This document shows, in pieces, positions 28,158 to 38,609 of a stretch of 64,000 bases of DNA. The first letter of the stretch is position 1, and every line of letters starts with the position of its first letter. Source of the DNA: an uncultured Bacilli bacterium (lineage in GTDB: Bacteria; Bacillota_I; Bacilli_A; RF39; UBA660); the NCBI GenBank assembly GCA_910577505.1, contig CAJTLN010000002.1, forward strand, positions 22,230 through 86,229. Reading direction: 5' to 3'. Below the pieces are notes generated by a model. The model searched no databases. It saw only the letters and a program-made list of their open reading frames with translations, and was not told the origin of the DNA. The translations under genes and the position numbers were made by a program.

Positions 28158-30830
28158 ATGAATGCTATAATAGAGAATTATAAAAATGAATTTATGAAAT
28201 CATATAATTTAACTAGAAAGAAACTATATCCTTTACTAAAAGAAATGAGTGATATGGAGAAAGAGCTTGTTTTAAGTGACGATGAAGTTATAAAAAATAT
28301 AACTTCCATTAATGATGATGAAATATTATCTATGTTTTTTAGAATGAGTCCTGCTAAAGTTCAAGAGATTATTTGGCAAAATGAAGGATGTCAAAAAAGA
28401 TTATTGGGAATAAAAAAGTTAGATTTGACAGATGAAAAAGCATTAAATAAAAGTCTTTATTTTTCTAAAGAAAGATTACGTCGTATTCAAGTATTTATTA
28501 AAGAAATAAAAAGTCGAAATATCTTAGATAATTTAGTAGATAATGTATATTTTCAAATAATAGTATTATTTTCTAAAGCATTACATAAAACAATATTATC
28601 TAGTATTGATTGTTATAGATTATTTGATAGTACAATAAATAGCGGAATTTATGATTTAGCAAATTATGGAAATAAAAGACGTTGGGTGTCAATACTTAAT
28701 TGTAGTTTTGAAGAAATTAAATTACCAAAAGATTATTTACAAGTTTTTAAAGAGCAAGATAAGCCTAATTTAGGATATTATCTTATTGATGATAGTGCAA
28801 TAGTATCAATGTTAAGAAGTAAATGCTATCATATGAAAGAGGCAGGTAAAAAGGTAATATTTGATAAAAAATTATTAGATATGCTAAGTATAAAAGACAT
28901 ATCTAGTATTTATAGTATGGCTGAAAAAGATTATAGTGATATTTTAGATGGTGTAGATAATATAAAAGAATATTTAATGGAAGTTGTTAATAAACGTTTA
29001 GCTAATGATACTGCTTTTGGTAAAGATTTTTTAGATTTAGCTTCAATAAATAATCCATTTCAATATTTGGTTTTTACAACTATTAAAGAAAAATCAAAGG
29101 CAGATTTAGATTTAAGAAAAAAATTTACTTTATTTTTACGCAATTATTTATTTAAAGGGGAATATAATGAAGAAGAAAATAGAACTATAGATATTTATAT
29201 TGAAAATTCAGTTCTTAATTGTGATAAAATGGTTTTATCAACATTATTTGGGAATAATAGTGATTTAAAAAGTTTATTTCATTTAAAATTTAATCAAATA
29301 TCATATAGTATGAATTATCTTGATGGAATAGATGTACATACAATATTTAAATTAAATGTTAAACAGATAAATAAAATTGCTAAATTATTGGAAGATAAAA
29401 CACAAGATGAATTATCAGATACTTATAGTAAAGCAATCAGAATGTATTTTGTTTTTGGACTTGATAGAAGTTTGTCTATTTTAAGTGGTACTTATGGTAA
29501 AGTTAGTAAAGCATTCTTAGATTGTGTAAGTAAGCTTGATATAAAAAATGTTACTCTTAAACAAGTAGGTAAAAAATATGAGCCAGTGTTAAATCAAGAA
29601 TTTATTAATTTTTTGTTTACTGGAGATAACATTTTTGAATTATTTAAAAGTGGATCAACTTTTGAAACGACTTGGTTTAATTTATTTAATGAATTCGAAG
29701 ATATTAAAGAAACTTGTAAGGGACATATAACAATTAAACAAGCTGAAATAGTTTTAAAAGAAAAAATGAAAAATGTTAAATATACAGTAGAACCAGATTT
29801 ATATCCGTTAGAAGACTATTTGTATGAGATTGGGTTAGGTAATAAAGCTAAGAAGACAAATGAAGAAGTTTATGATGAAGTTGTTAAAGTCTATAAGCAA
29901 CAACTAGAGAGAAAAAGTGCAACAATTCCTTATGTTAATGGTGTTGCTTCTAATGGCTATAGATATGAAGTAATGAGACTTGATGATGTTCTTGCCTATG
30001 TGTTAGGGTATAGAGCTGGATGTTGTATTAGAATTTTAGATATAGCTCATAATCATTTGTTACATGCTTTATTATGTGAGAATGGAAGAATTTTATTAAC
30101 TTATTCACCTAAAGGAGTACTTACATCTTTTTCACCATTAAAACGTAATGGAGAGTTATTAATTGCTAATAGTATTGAAGCAATTGAAGATAAGAGTCAA
30201 AATGTAGTTATGGCTTTTACTGCTGGTATTAGGGCTATAATGAATGAAACAAGAATACAAGAAGAAAGTGGATATTTAAAAGTCGCTTGTATTGGAAGTG
30301 AAGCTTATTTAAAACCAGAGGGAAAAGAATGGCCACAATTTTTGCCAACGCCAACAATTTTAGAAAAAAATGATGAGGTTTATGGAAGAACAGATCAATA
30401 TCATAAAAAGCTTGATGTGATTATGATGGAAGATGGATTTGATTTAAGAAATTTAAAACTTGGTAAAGCTTCAGTTGAATATAAGGATAGAAGAAAGCCA
30501 ATAAAGTCTTGTAAATTTAGTGATGATGCTGTTAGTATTGAAAAAATAGAAGTTGCTAAAATTGTTAATGCAATTAATTATAAAAATGCAGATGAAGAAA
30601 TGAAGAAAAGATTTTATAAAACTAATATCCATTATATGGATTATGCTTTTTATAATGATGACTGGTATATATTAATTGATAAAAGTGGTAAATTTTATTC
30701 TGGAGTTATTAAGGATAGTAGTGAAGCATTAAAAGAAATGCAAGCAACATTAGCTGTTATATCTGAAATAAGTAAAAAGAAAGATATGGATGAATATGTA
30801 CTTTCCTTTAAAAATAAAAGTTTTAATTAA
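28158..30830 (+). CDS. Large hypothetical protein (890 aa), no domain recognisable by eye
   Basis: Uninterrupted ORF with GGGGGG SD 6-7 nt before ATG 28158 and no TM segment. The only conspicuous motif is a Cys/His cluster, GYRAGCCIRILDIAHNHLLHALLCENG (~residues 620-650). Confidence 0.8.
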   Translation: MNAIIENYKNEFMKSYNLTRKKLYPLLKEMSDMEKELVLSDDEVIKNITSINDDEILSMFFRMSPAKVQEIIWQNEGCQKRLLGIKKLDLTDEKALNKSLYFSKERLRRIQVFIKEIKSRNILDNLVDNVYFQIIVLFSKALHKTILSSIDCYRLFDSTINSGIYDLANYGNKRRWVSILNCSFEEIKLPKDYLQVFKEQDKPNLGYYLIDDSAIVSMLRSKCYHMKEAGKKVIFDKKLLDMLSIKDISSIYSMAEKDYSDILDGVDNIKEYLMEVVNKRLANDTAFGKDFLDLASINNPFQYLVFTTIKEKSKADLDLRKKFTLFLRNYLFKGEYNEEENRTIDIYIENSVLNCDKMVLSTLFGNNSDLKSLFHLKFNQISYSMNYLDGIDVHTIFKLNVKQINKIAKLLEDKTQDELSDTYSKAIRMYFVFGLDRSLSILSGTYGKVSKAFLDCVSKLDIKNVTLKQVGKKYEPVLNQEFINFLFTGDNIFELFKSGSTFETTWFNLFNEFEDIKETCKGHITIKQAEIVLKEKMKNVKYTVEPDLYPLEDYLYEIGLGNKAKKTNEEVYDEVVKVYKQQLERKSATIPYVNGVASNGYRYEVMRLDDVLAYVLGYRAGCCIRILDIAHNHLLHALLCENGRILLTYSPKGVLTSFSPLKRNGELLIANSIEAIEDKSQNVVMAFTAGIRAIMNETRIQEESGYLKVACIGSEAYLKPEGKEWPQFLPTPTILEKNDEVYGRTDQYHKKLDVIMMEDGFDLRNLKLGKASVEYKDRRKPIKSCKFSDDAVSIEKIEVAKIVNAINYKNADEEMKKRFYKTNIHYMDYAFYNDDWYILIDKSGKFYSGVIKDSSEALKEMQATLAVISEISKKKDMDEYVLSFKNKSFN

Positions 30831-30831
30831 A

Positions 30832-30857
30832 AAATACTGTTTGACAGTATTTTTTTA
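30832..30857 (+). terminator. Rho-independent terminator
   Basis: Stem AAATACTGT/ACAGTATTT, loop TTG, then a T-run. Confidence 0.75.
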
Positions 30858-30894
30858 ATAGATATAATTGGTTTATAGTAGGAGGAGTACAAAA

Positions 30895-31122
30895 ATGATT
30901 GCAGAATATATAAAAATGGAATGGGATACTAAATTAGGATTTAGTTCAGATGTTGGAGGACTTGATTTACAAGCAAAGACTACGGTTGTTCCTTATAAGT
31001 CAGTTGTAATTGCAAGAAATCAAGAAATAGGACAGATAACAGGAAGAATTCATAAAGATTCATATGATTTAACTGTTAATTTGGTTAATAATGAGAGTTA
31101 TGTTGTTAGAACAAAATACTAA
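30895..31122 (+). CDS. Hypothetical small protein (75 aa)
   Basis: AGGAGG SD 7 nt before ATG 30895; soluble, beta-rich-looking sequence with no recognisable family. Confidence 0.6.
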   Translation: MIAEYIKMEWDTKLGFSSDVGGLDLQAKTTVVPYKSVVIARNQEIGQITGRIHKDSYDLTVNLVNNESYVVRTKY

Positions 31123-31200
31123 TTTGGGGACAATAGAAAGTGTTGCTTCAATGGTCGGCCAGATGGTTAAGGAAAAATCTACTGATGCATTATATGAAAC

Positions 31201-31602
31201 ATGGTAGTAATGATATCAAAAAGAATGCCTGTTATAAACGGTAAATCAAGATATACAATGTATATGATTAGCGATGAATGGTCTAAATATGTTATTTTAT
31301 TATGTACTATTATGCATAATATTAATTATGATGAAAATGATTTTCAAAAGCTTGGGGTACAAAGTAATAAAATAAATACTTTCCAAACTGGTTTGAAAGA
31401 AGAATATAATCCTAATTTTAAAAATGATATTATAGCTAAAGAAGGAGCTAATAATTTGCCAGATAATATGACTTTAGTTCAAGAAAGAGTAAAGGATAGT
31501 CAAAATACTTTTATGATAAAGTTTAAAAAAATAGCTTCCATTATATTTATAGTTGGATTTATAGCTTTATTTGTTTATTTATTTTGTTTTGCTTCTAAAT
31601 AA
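31201..31602 (+). CDS. Hypothetical tail-anchored membrane protein (~125-133 aa)
   Basis: Open frame ending in the TM helix IASIIFIVGFIALFVYLFCFA, followed by a strong terminator. No good SD at any of the candidate ATGs (31201, 31210, 31225). Confidence 0.5.
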   Translation: MVVMISKRMPVINGKSRYTMYMISDEWSKYVILLCTIMHNINYDENDFQKLGVQSNKINTFQTGLKEEYNPNFKNDIIAKEGANNLPDNMTLVQERVKDSQNTFMIKFKKIASIIFIVGFIALFVYLFCFASK

Positions 31603-31611
31603 TATTTGTAA

Positions 31612-31646
31612 AAAAGAATATTCATTTTTCGAATATTCTTTTTTAT
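31612..31646 (+). terminator. Rho-independent terminator
   Basis: Stem AAGAATATTC/GAATATTCTT, 7-nt loop, then T5. Confidence 0.8.
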
Positions 31647-31740
31647 TGAAAAAACTGAAAAAGTTTTTTATAATAGGTTTATAGATGATTAGATTGTTAT
31701 AATTTATAATTTTTCTATAAAATAGATATGGAGGTACAAA

Positions 31741-33294
31741 ATGGACAAAACGATAATGGCCATTTTAGCACTTCTTGTGGGGATTTTTTTAGGAGTTATT
31801 ATAATCCTAGTTGTTAATTATATTCGTAATAAAAATAACGAAAATAAAGCAGCTAAGATAATTGATCGTGCAAAAAAAGAAGCTGAGAAGCAAAAAAGAG
31901 ATTCTATTTTAGAATTGAAAGAAGAATCTTATCGTTTGAAACAAGAAACAGATAAGGAAATTAAAGAGAAAAAAGCAGAAATAAAAGATTCAGAAGATAG
32001 ATTGCTTCAAAGAGAAAAAAATCTTGATAAAAGGGAAGAAATTTTACAAAATAGAGATGCACTATTAGATCAAAAAGATAATAATTTACTTAATAAACAA
32101 AAAGAATTACAAGAAAAAGAAGCTAAAATTGACGAATTATTAAAGAGTGAAATGGAGCAATTGGAGTCAATTGCAAAATTTTCAAAAGAAAAAGCTCATG
32201 ATTTAATCATGAAAAGAGTAGAAGAAAATATGTCGCTAGAGATAGCTGATTATATTAAGGAACGTGAAACAGAAGCTAAATTAAAAGCTAATGAAGTAGC
32301 TAAAGGTTTAATAGTTGCTAGTATGCAAAGATATGCTAATGATGTAACTAATGAACAAACTGTTAGTACAATTACTTTACCTAATGATGAAATGAAAGGT
32401 AGATTAATAGGTAGAGAAGGAAGAAATATAAGAACTATTGAATCAGTAACAGGAGTAGATTTAATTATAGATGATACACCTGAAGCAATAGTTATTTCAT
32501 CTTTTGATCCTTTAAGAAGAGAAATTGCTAAGATTACTATAGAAACATTAATAAAGGATGGAAGAATTCATCCAGCTAGAATTGAAGAAGTTTATGATAA
32601 AGTATCTAAGGATATGAGTGAAAAGATTACTGAAATGGGTAATGAAACTTGTTATGAGCTTGGCTTAACTAAAGTTGATCCTAAGTTAGTTAATTTAATT
32701 GGTAGATTAAATTTTAGAACAAGTTATGGTCAAAATGCATTACAACATTCTATTGAAGTTGGACATTTATGTGGTTTAATGGCTGCTGAGTTAGGTGAAA
32801 ATGTTACTTTAGCAAAACGTGCTGGTTTATTACATGATATTGGTAAGGCGATTGATTTTGAAGTTGAAGGAAGTCATGTTGAACTTGGTGAAGAAGTTGC
32901 TAAGAAATATCATGAGGATCCTGTTGTAATAAATGCAATCAAATCTCATCATGGAGATATAGAAGCAAATAGTGTAATTTCTGTCTTAGTACAAGTTGCT
33001 GATACTTTATCAGCTGCTAGACCTGGGGCAAGAAATGATTCATTAGAAAACTATATTAAGAGATTAGAACAATTAGAAGAAATTGGAAATAGTTTTGATG
33101 GTGTAGAAAAAACATTTGCAATGCAAGCAGGTAGAGAAGTTCGAGTAATGGTTAAACCTGATCAAATAGACGATTCACAAAGTTATAAGATAGCTCGTGA
33201 AATGAAAGAAAAAATTGAAAATGAAATGCAATATCCTGGTACTATTAAAATTACAGTTATCAGAGAAACAAGAGCACAAGAAGAAGCTAAATAG
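31741..33294 (+). CDS. rny: Ribonuclease Y
   Basis: N-terminal TM helix, coiled coil, KH domain ([12 protein letters not shown]), and HD domain (LLHDIGKA ... HH). Confidence 0.97.
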   Translation: MDKTIMAILALLVGIFLGVIIILVVNYIRNKNNENKAAKIIDRAKKEAEKQKRDSILELKEESYRLKQETDKEIKEKKAEIKDSEDRLLQREKNLDKREEILQNRDALLDQKDNNLLNKQKELQEKEAKIDELLKSEMEQLESIAKFSKEKAHDLIMKRVEENMSLEIADYIKERETEAKLKANEVAKGLIVASMQRYANDVTNEQTVSTITLPNDEMKGRLIGREGRNIRTIESVTGVDLIIDDTPEAIVISSFDPLRREIAKITIETLIKDGRIHPARIEEVYDKVSKDMSEKITEMGNETCYELGLTKVDPKLVNLIGRLNFRTSYGQNALQHSIEVGHLCGLMAAELGENVTLAKRAGLLHDIGKAIDFEVEGSHVELGEEVAKKYHEDPVVINAIKSHHGDIEANSVISVLVQVADTLSAARPGARNDSLENYIKRLEQLEEIGNSFDGVEKTFAMQAGREVRVMVKPDQIDDSQSYKIAREMKEKIENEMQYPGTIKITVIRETRAQEEAK

Positions 33295-33338
33295 TTTCTT
33301 CTTTTATTGTGCAAATAAAAAGATGAGTTTTACTCATC

Positions 33339-34358
33339 TTATGATAGATTACGAGGATTATTAAATCTTATAAAGTATTCATAGTATTCTTCAAAAGTAA
33401 TATCGTTTTCGTAAATATATTTAGCAGCACTTTCACCAACGTAGCGATAATGCCATGGTTCATATTGGTATCCAGTTATATATTCTTTATTTTCTGGGAA
33501 TCTGATTATAAAGCCATATTTATGAGCGTTTTTACTTACCCAAGTAAATGATTTTGTTTTTGAATAATCATCATTTGTAAAAGGGTAATCACGGATATCA
33601 AAAGCATAACCTGTTTGATGTTCTGAATATCCAGCACGAGCAGAATAGGTATCAGCAAGACTAACTCCATCTTTATTAACCCATCCTTGATAAATACTAA
33701 TTTGTTTTTCATAACTACGATATGCTGAATTTATCTTGAAACCATAACCAGCCTTTTCTGCATCATTATACATTTTTAAAAAGGCTTCATAACATTCTTT
33801 AGATAATTGAAATTCATAACCATATAAATTGTATTTTGCATCAACATTTATTAAATGTTCTCCTTTATAATTTCCGTTGCTGTAGTAATGTTTATTTAGA
33901 ATAACAAATTTTCCTAAAGTATCATCCGTTTTTTCAGTATTGGTATAAAATTCTGTATCTAGGTGGGAATTAACTCTGGTAATAATTTCTTTAGAATCTA
34001 AAGTAGGATTATTATTAAAATATGTAACGTACTTTTCTAAATATTCGTCGATATAATATTTTTCATTGATAATATTTATAGCTAGTTTATTATCGATTTC
34101 TTTATCAATTAAATAATTTATATTTTTTTCATTAAGTTCTTTTTTGATTAAGTCTATATCTTCATCTGAATAATTTAAAGAAGATAATTTTTTCTTAATT
34201 TCATCTTTATTGTCATTTAATATTGGAATATCAAAAGAATTACGTTTTTCTTCATACTTTTTGTAAATAGTTATAGAGCTATAACCTACAATTATAACTA
34301 GTAGAAATAAAAGTGGGTATTTAAAAATTTTCTTCATTTTTTTCTTTCTTTTTGTCAT
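33339..34358 (-). CDS. VanY-like D-alanyl-D-alanine carboxypeptidase (peptidase M15B), membrane anchored
   Basis: N-terminal TM helix; zinc-peptidase motifs SAYRSYEKQ, SEHQTGYAFD and EPWHYRYVG. Confidence 0.85.
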   Translation of the reverse strand: MTKRKKKMKKIFKYPLLFLLVIIVGYSSITIYKKYEEKRNSFDIPILNDNKDEIKKKLSSLNYSDEDIDLIKKELNEKNINYLIDKEIDNKLAINIINEKYYIDEYLEKYVTYFNNNPTLDSKEIITRVNSHLDTEFYTNTEKTDDTLGKFVILNKHYYSNGNYKGEHLINVDAKYNLYGYEFQLSKECYEAFLKMYNDAEKAGYGFKINSAYRSYEKQISIYQGWVNKDGVSLADTYSARAGYSEHQTGYAFDIRDYPFTNDDYSKTKSFTWVSKNAHKYGFIIRFPENKEYITGYQYEPWHYRYVGESAAKYIYENDITFEEYYEYFIRFNNPRNLS

Positions 34359-34420
34359 ATTATCACCTATTATATTTTAACATATTTATTAAAATATGTA
34401 TTTATAAGAGAGGTGATTTG

Positions 34421-35023
34421 ATGAAAGAACTTGAAAATTTTAAAAGAGATGTAATATTTCAAAGATATAATAATATGCAAAATCCTTTTATTATAATGAC
34501 AATTCCTATTAAAATAACTAACTTGGTTAAGTATTGTAAGATACATAAATATTTTTATGCAATGTTTGGTTATTTAATTGGAGAGATGGTTAATGAAATA
34601 GAAGAATTTAGATATAGATATATTGATGGAAAGTATTATCTTTGTGATAAGGTCGGAGTTAGTTATACAGAGAAAACAGATGATGAAATAGTATTCTTTG
34701 ATTGTTTTGAAAGTGATAAAGATAAATTTATTAAAGAATATGAAGAAAAGAGAAAAAAAGTTTTATCATCAAAAAAATCAACATCAAGTGAAGAAAATGA
34801 TGTTATTTGGGTTTCTTGTGAACCTTGGTTTAATTTTTCTTCTTTAGTTGCTCCTTTTGATAAAAATATAACTATTCCACAATTTATTTGGGATGCTTAT
34901 ATTGAAAAAGATGGTGAGTATTATTGCAATTTAATGATTATGATTCATCATGGTTTTGCTGATGGGCAACACATTAGTAAATTTTTGAAAATATTAGATG
35001 ATAAAATAAATAATTTAAAATAA
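34421..35023 (+). CDS. Chloramphenicol acetyltransferase (CAT)-family protein
   Basis: C-terminal IMIHHGFADGQHISKFL matches the CAT catalytic HHAVCDGYH region. AGAGGTGA precedes ATG 34421; the 34352 start is an extension overlapping the divergent gene. Confidence 0.7.
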   Translation: MKELENFKRDVIFQRYNNMQNPFIIMTIPIKITNLVKYCKIHKYFYAMFGYLIGEMVNEIEEFRYRYIDGKYYLCDKVGVSYTEKTDDEIVFFDCFESDKDKFIKEYEEKRKKVLSSKKSTSSEENDVIWVSCEPWFNFSSLVAPFDKNITIPQFIWDAYIEKDGEYYCNLMIMIHHGFADGQHISKFLKILDDKINNLK

Positions 35024-35049
35024 AATAGGAGTTTTTAACTCCTATTTTT
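35024..35049. terminator. Bidirectional terminator between the CAT-like gene and rnj
   Basis: Stem AATAGGAGTT/AACTCCTATT with a 3-nt loop, flanked by A-run and T-run. Confidence 0.75.
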
Positions 35050-36721
35050 GTGTTTCACGAACTTCCATAATAACTGGTAAAACGATTGGACGACGACCGG
35101 TTAGTGTATTAATAAATGGATGTAGTTCTAAAATAATTTGATTTTTCAAATCTGTATAACTATAAGTATTTTCTCTTAAAAATTTATTAACAATTTCTGT
35201 TGTTTTCTTTTCAATTTGGTTAATTAGTTCAGCATTTTCATTTACTAAAACAAATCCTCTAGTAGTAATGTTTGGTTTTATTAATAATTTTCGTGTTAGG
35301 GGATTAATATTTAGAATTGTAATTAAAATTCCATCGCGACTCATTAATTTACGATCTTTAATAACTACTGATCCAACTTCTCCAATACGTGAACCATCAA
35401 CATATACGTCACCAGCAGTAACTGATGGACCACGATGAACTCCTTCATTATCAAGGATTAGAGAATCACCATTATTCATAATGAAAATATTCTCACGTTT
35501 AACATCACATGATACAGCAAGTTCTGAATGACTTTTTAGCATACGATATTCACCATGCATTGGCATGAAATATTCTGGTTTAATAAGTCTTAACATAAGT
35601 TTTAATTCTTCTTGTTTAGCATGACCTGATGTGTGGATATCACTAAATTCAGAATTTGTTATAACTCTAACACCTTTTAAATATAATTTATTTATTATTC
35701 TATTAATACCAGCAGCATTACCTGGAATAGGATTAGATGAGAAAACTACTAAATCATCTGGCATTAAAGAAATCTGTTTATGAGTTCCATTAGCTATTCT
35801 TGATAAAGCTGCAAGTGGTTCACCTTGAGAACCAGTACATAAAATACATATTTCATTTTTCTTTAAATTTTTAGCAGTATTAGAGTCAATAAAAATTGAT
35901 TTGTCTGTTAATAGTCCATTGTTTAACGCTAAATTAGTAGCTGTTTCCATTGAACGACCAAATACAATTATTTTACGATTGTTCTTACGGCATGTTTCAA
36001 CGATATGTTTAACACGATAAATATTAGATGCAAATGTTGCGATAATAATACGTCCGTTATAACCGTTAACAATATCAGATAAAGCTTCATCTACTGAGTT
36101 TTCTGATTTAGAGAATCCTTCTGATAAGGCATTAGTACTATCACTCAATAATAATTTAACTCCTTCAGCACCAATTTTGGCCATTTTATGTAAATCAGCC
36201 ATTGGACCAATTGGTGTTAAATCAAATTTAAAGTCTCCTGTTGATACAATAGTACCATTTGGAGTGTGAAGAACTATACCAAAACTATCTGGGATAGAGT
36301 GAGTAGTAGCAATAAATTCGATATCAAAATATTTTGTTTTAATTCTAGTATCAGAATTAATTGTTTCTAAATTTTTATAACCAATACCACGATCTTCTAA
36401 TTTGTTTTTTATTAAATCTATAGATGTTTTGGCTCCATAGATTACAGGAATATTAACGCTTTGTAGAAGAAAAGAAATTCCTCCGATATGATCTTCATGA
36501 CCATGTGTAATTAATAAACCTTTTATTTTATCTTCATTTTGTTTTAAATATGTTACGTCTTGTATTACATAATCGACACCTAAAAGGTCACTTTCTGGAA
36601 AAATGACACCGGCATCGATTATGAATATTTCTTCTTTATGTGTAAAAACATACATGTTTTTACCGACTTCTCCTAAGCCACCTAAAGCAATGACAGACGT
36701 AAAGCTGTCTTTATTATTCAT
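35042..36721 (-). CDS. rnj: Ribonuclease J
   Basis: Metallo-beta-lactamase/beta-CASP motifs: ITHGHEDHIGG, GDFK, HTSGHA, PMHGE; 559 aa. Confidence 0.95.
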   Translation of the reverse strand: MNNKDSFTSVIALGGLGEVGKNMYVFTHKEEIFIIDAGVIFPESDLLGVDYVIQDVTYLKQNEDKIKGLLITHGHEDHIGGISFLLQSVNIPVIYGAKTSIDLIKNKLEDRGIGYKNLETINSDTRIKTKYFDIEFIATTHSIPDSFGIVLHTPNGTIVSTGDFKFDLTPIGPMADLHKMAKIGAEGVKLLLSDSTNALSEGFSKSENSVDEALSDIVNGYNGRIIIATFASNIYRVKHIVETCRKNNRKIIVFGRSMETATNLALNNGLLTDKSIFIDSNTAKNLKKNEICILCTGSQGEPLAALSRIANGTHKQISLMPDDLVVFSSNPIPGNAAGINRIINKLYLKGVRVITNSEFSDIHTSGHAKQEELKLMLRLIKPEYFMPMHGEYRMLKSHSELAVSCDVKRENIFIMNNGDSLILDNEGVHRGPSVTAGDVYVDGSRIGEVGSVVIKDRKLMSRDGILITILNINPLTRKLLIKPNITTRGFVLVNENAELINQIEKKTTEIVNKFLRENTYSYTDLKNQIILELHPFINTLTGRRPIVLPVIMEVRETQK

Positions 36722-36841
36722 AATATCTTCCTTTCAATTACATAAAAATAAAAAGTATTAGTTCTTCGCTATAGATAATTATATATCAAAAAGGTGAAAA
36801 AGTCTAGTTGTATGTTATATTCCTTGTATGGAGTGTTAAGT

Positions 36842-36964
36842 ATGGAATTAATTTTAAAAGGTAAATATAAAGGTGAAGTGATTGATTTTCCAGATAGAGT
36901 AAAATTTAAGAATAAAGAAGCAGATAATACAGAGGAATTTATCAAGTTATTAAAGAAGCCATAA
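36842..36964 (+). CDS. Possible small protein (40 aa)
   Basis: MELILKGKYKGEVIDFPDRVKFKNKEADNTEEFIKLLKKP; GGAGTG lies 6 nt upstream of the ATG. It is below the ORF-track cutoff and has no other support. Confidence 0.3.
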   Translation: MELILKGKYKGEVIDFPDRVKFKNKEADNTEEFIKLLKKP

Positions 36965-37030
36965 AATATTTTAGCTTTTTTATTATGGAAAAATAAAGGA
37001 AGTTAAGGTATACTAATTATGGTGATATAA

Positions 37031-38221
37031 ATGGGATTATTTGATAAATTAAAAAGTATAATAAGTAAAAAAGAAAAAGTAGTAGAAGAAGTTAAAGATG
37101 AATATGAAGTTGAAGCTGTAGATGAAATTGAAGTAGATAAGACAGAAAAAGTATTAGAAACTATAATAGAAGATGAAGTAAATAGTGATTTAATAGAAGA
37201 AGATTATAATGAAGATGTTTCTGATGATGATAATGAAGACGAAGAATGGGCTAAATTTATTGAAGAACAAAATAAAAAGAAGAAAATAGAAGAGGCTCAA
37301 GATATTGCTTTATATGATAAAGGGTTAGAAAAAACTAGAAAAGAATTTGTTTCTAAGTTAAGTATGTTAGGAGTTAAATATACTAAGGTATCTGAAGATT
37401 ACTATGAGGAATTAGAAGAGTTACTTATTAATGCTGATGTAGGAGTTAACACTGTAATGGGATTTATGGATAGACTTCGTGATCGTGTTAAAAGTGAACA
37501 TATAACTGATACAAATTATTTAAATGAAGTTATTGTAGATGAATTATTTATTATTTATGTAGATAATGAATCTTTATCAGATAAGATTAATATAGCTAGT
37601 GAGGGACCAACTGTAATATTAATGGTTGGAGTTAACGGAGTAGGAAAAACTACGACTATTGCTAAGCTTGCTTATAAATATATTAATGAAGGCAAGAGTG
37701 TTATGATGATTGCTGGAGATACTTTTAGAGCTGGTGCTGTTAAGCAATTAGAAGAATGGGCAGAACGTACAGGAGCAACTTTCTATGGTAAAGAAAATAC
37801 TGATCCTGCTGGTGTTATCTTTGATGGTTTAGTAAAAGCTAAAGAAGATAATGTAGATATAGTACTAATAGACACAGCTGGTAGATTGCAAAATAAAGTT
37901 AATTTGATGAAGGAATTAGAAAAAGTTAATAAAGTTATTGGTAAACATATTCTTAATGCCCCACATGAAACATTACTTGTAATTGATGCTACAACAGGTC
38001 AAAATGGTATTAGTCAGGCTAAGTCTTTTAAAGAGATAACTGATATTACAGGCATAGTTTTAACTAAGTTAGATGGTACTGCTAAAGGTGGTATAGTTTT
38101 AGCGATTAAAGATGAAGTAAATATACCAGTTAAGTTTATTGGTCTTGGAGAAAAAATGACTGATTTAAAAACATTTGATATTGAAAATTATATCTATGGT
38201 TTATTTAAGGATATGATGTAA
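37031..38221 (+). CDS. ftsY: Signal recognition particle receptor FtsY
   Basis: Acidic N-terminal domain, then NG domain [20 protein letters not shown] and [10 protein letters not shown]. Confidence 0.96.
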   Translation: MGLFDKLKSIISKKEKVVEEVKDEYEVEAVDEIEVDKTEKVLETIIEDEVNSDLIEEDYNEDVSDDDNEDEEWAKFIEEQNKKKKIEEAQDIALYDKGLEKTRKEFVSKLSMLGVKYTKVSEDYYEELEELLINADVGVNTVMGFMDRLRDRVKSEHITDTNYLNEVIVDELFIIYVDNESLSDKINIASEGPTVILMVGVNGVGKTTTIAKLAYKYINEGKSVMMIAGDTFRAGAVKQLEEWAERTGATFYGKENTDPAGVIFDGLVKAKEDNVDIVLIDTAGRLQNKVNLMKELEKVNKVIGKHILNAPHETLLVIDATTGQNGISQAKSFKEITDITGIVLTKLDGTAKGGIVLAIKDEVNIPVKFIGLGEKMTDLKTFDIENYIYGLFKDMM

Positions 38222-38517
38222 TGGAAGAATTTGTTTATTATAATAATTTATTTGATATTTATAGTGAATTATTGACTGAAAAGGAGATAGATACATTTAA
38301 GGATTATTATCAAGAAGATTTATCACTTTCTGAAATAGCAGAATCAAATAATGTAAGTCGTACAGCTGTTCAAAAGACTGTTAAGAATGTTATTGATAAA
38401 TTAAATAATTATGAGAGTAAATTGCATGTTTATGATATTAGATGTAAATTGAATGGTTTTGTTTCTTATGAAGACATAAATCAAATAAAAAAAGGGATAG
38501 AAGAACTACTAAGATAG
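38221..38517 (+). CDS. ylxM: YlxM/UPF0122 putative HTH protein (SRP-associated)
   Basis: LLTEKEIDTFKDYYQEDLSLSEIAESNNVSRTAVQ is typical of YlxM. TAATG overlap with ftsY. Confidence 0.85.
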   Translation: MEEFVYYNNLFDIYSELLTEKEIDTFKDYYQEDLSLSEIAESNNVSRTAVQKTVKNVIDKLNNYESKLHVYDIRCKLNGFVSYEDINQIKKGIEELLR

Positions 38518-38531
38518 AGTTCTTTTTTTTT
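38501..38531 (+). terminator. Rho-independent terminator after ylxM
   Basis: Stem AAGAACT/AGTTCTT followed by T9. Confidence 0.65.
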
Positions 38532-38609
38532 GAAATTATTGTGTATTTTTTACACTTTAAAAAAGCTGTTTTATGTGATATTATATTGTTGTAAAGGTAG
38601 GTAGAGAAA

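Noticed and set aside
30832-30857. Similarity between the terminators at 30832-30857 and 46105-46129 (AAAAATACTGT...ACAGTA...), as a possible dispersed repeat linking the two large hypothetical genes.
   Set aside because: Only about 10-12 nt of each arm are shared, and the loops and flanks differ. The two proteins show no similarity by eye, so this is most likely coincidental terminator resemblance.
31124-31207. 27-codon TTG-initiated ORF (LGTIESVASMVGQMVKEKSTDALYETW) between the 75-aa and ~130-aa ORFs, and the idea that the three pieces are fragments of one broken gene.
   Set aside because: There is no SD and the start codon is weak. The three frames cannot be joined by a single indel into a sequence with any recognisable continuity.
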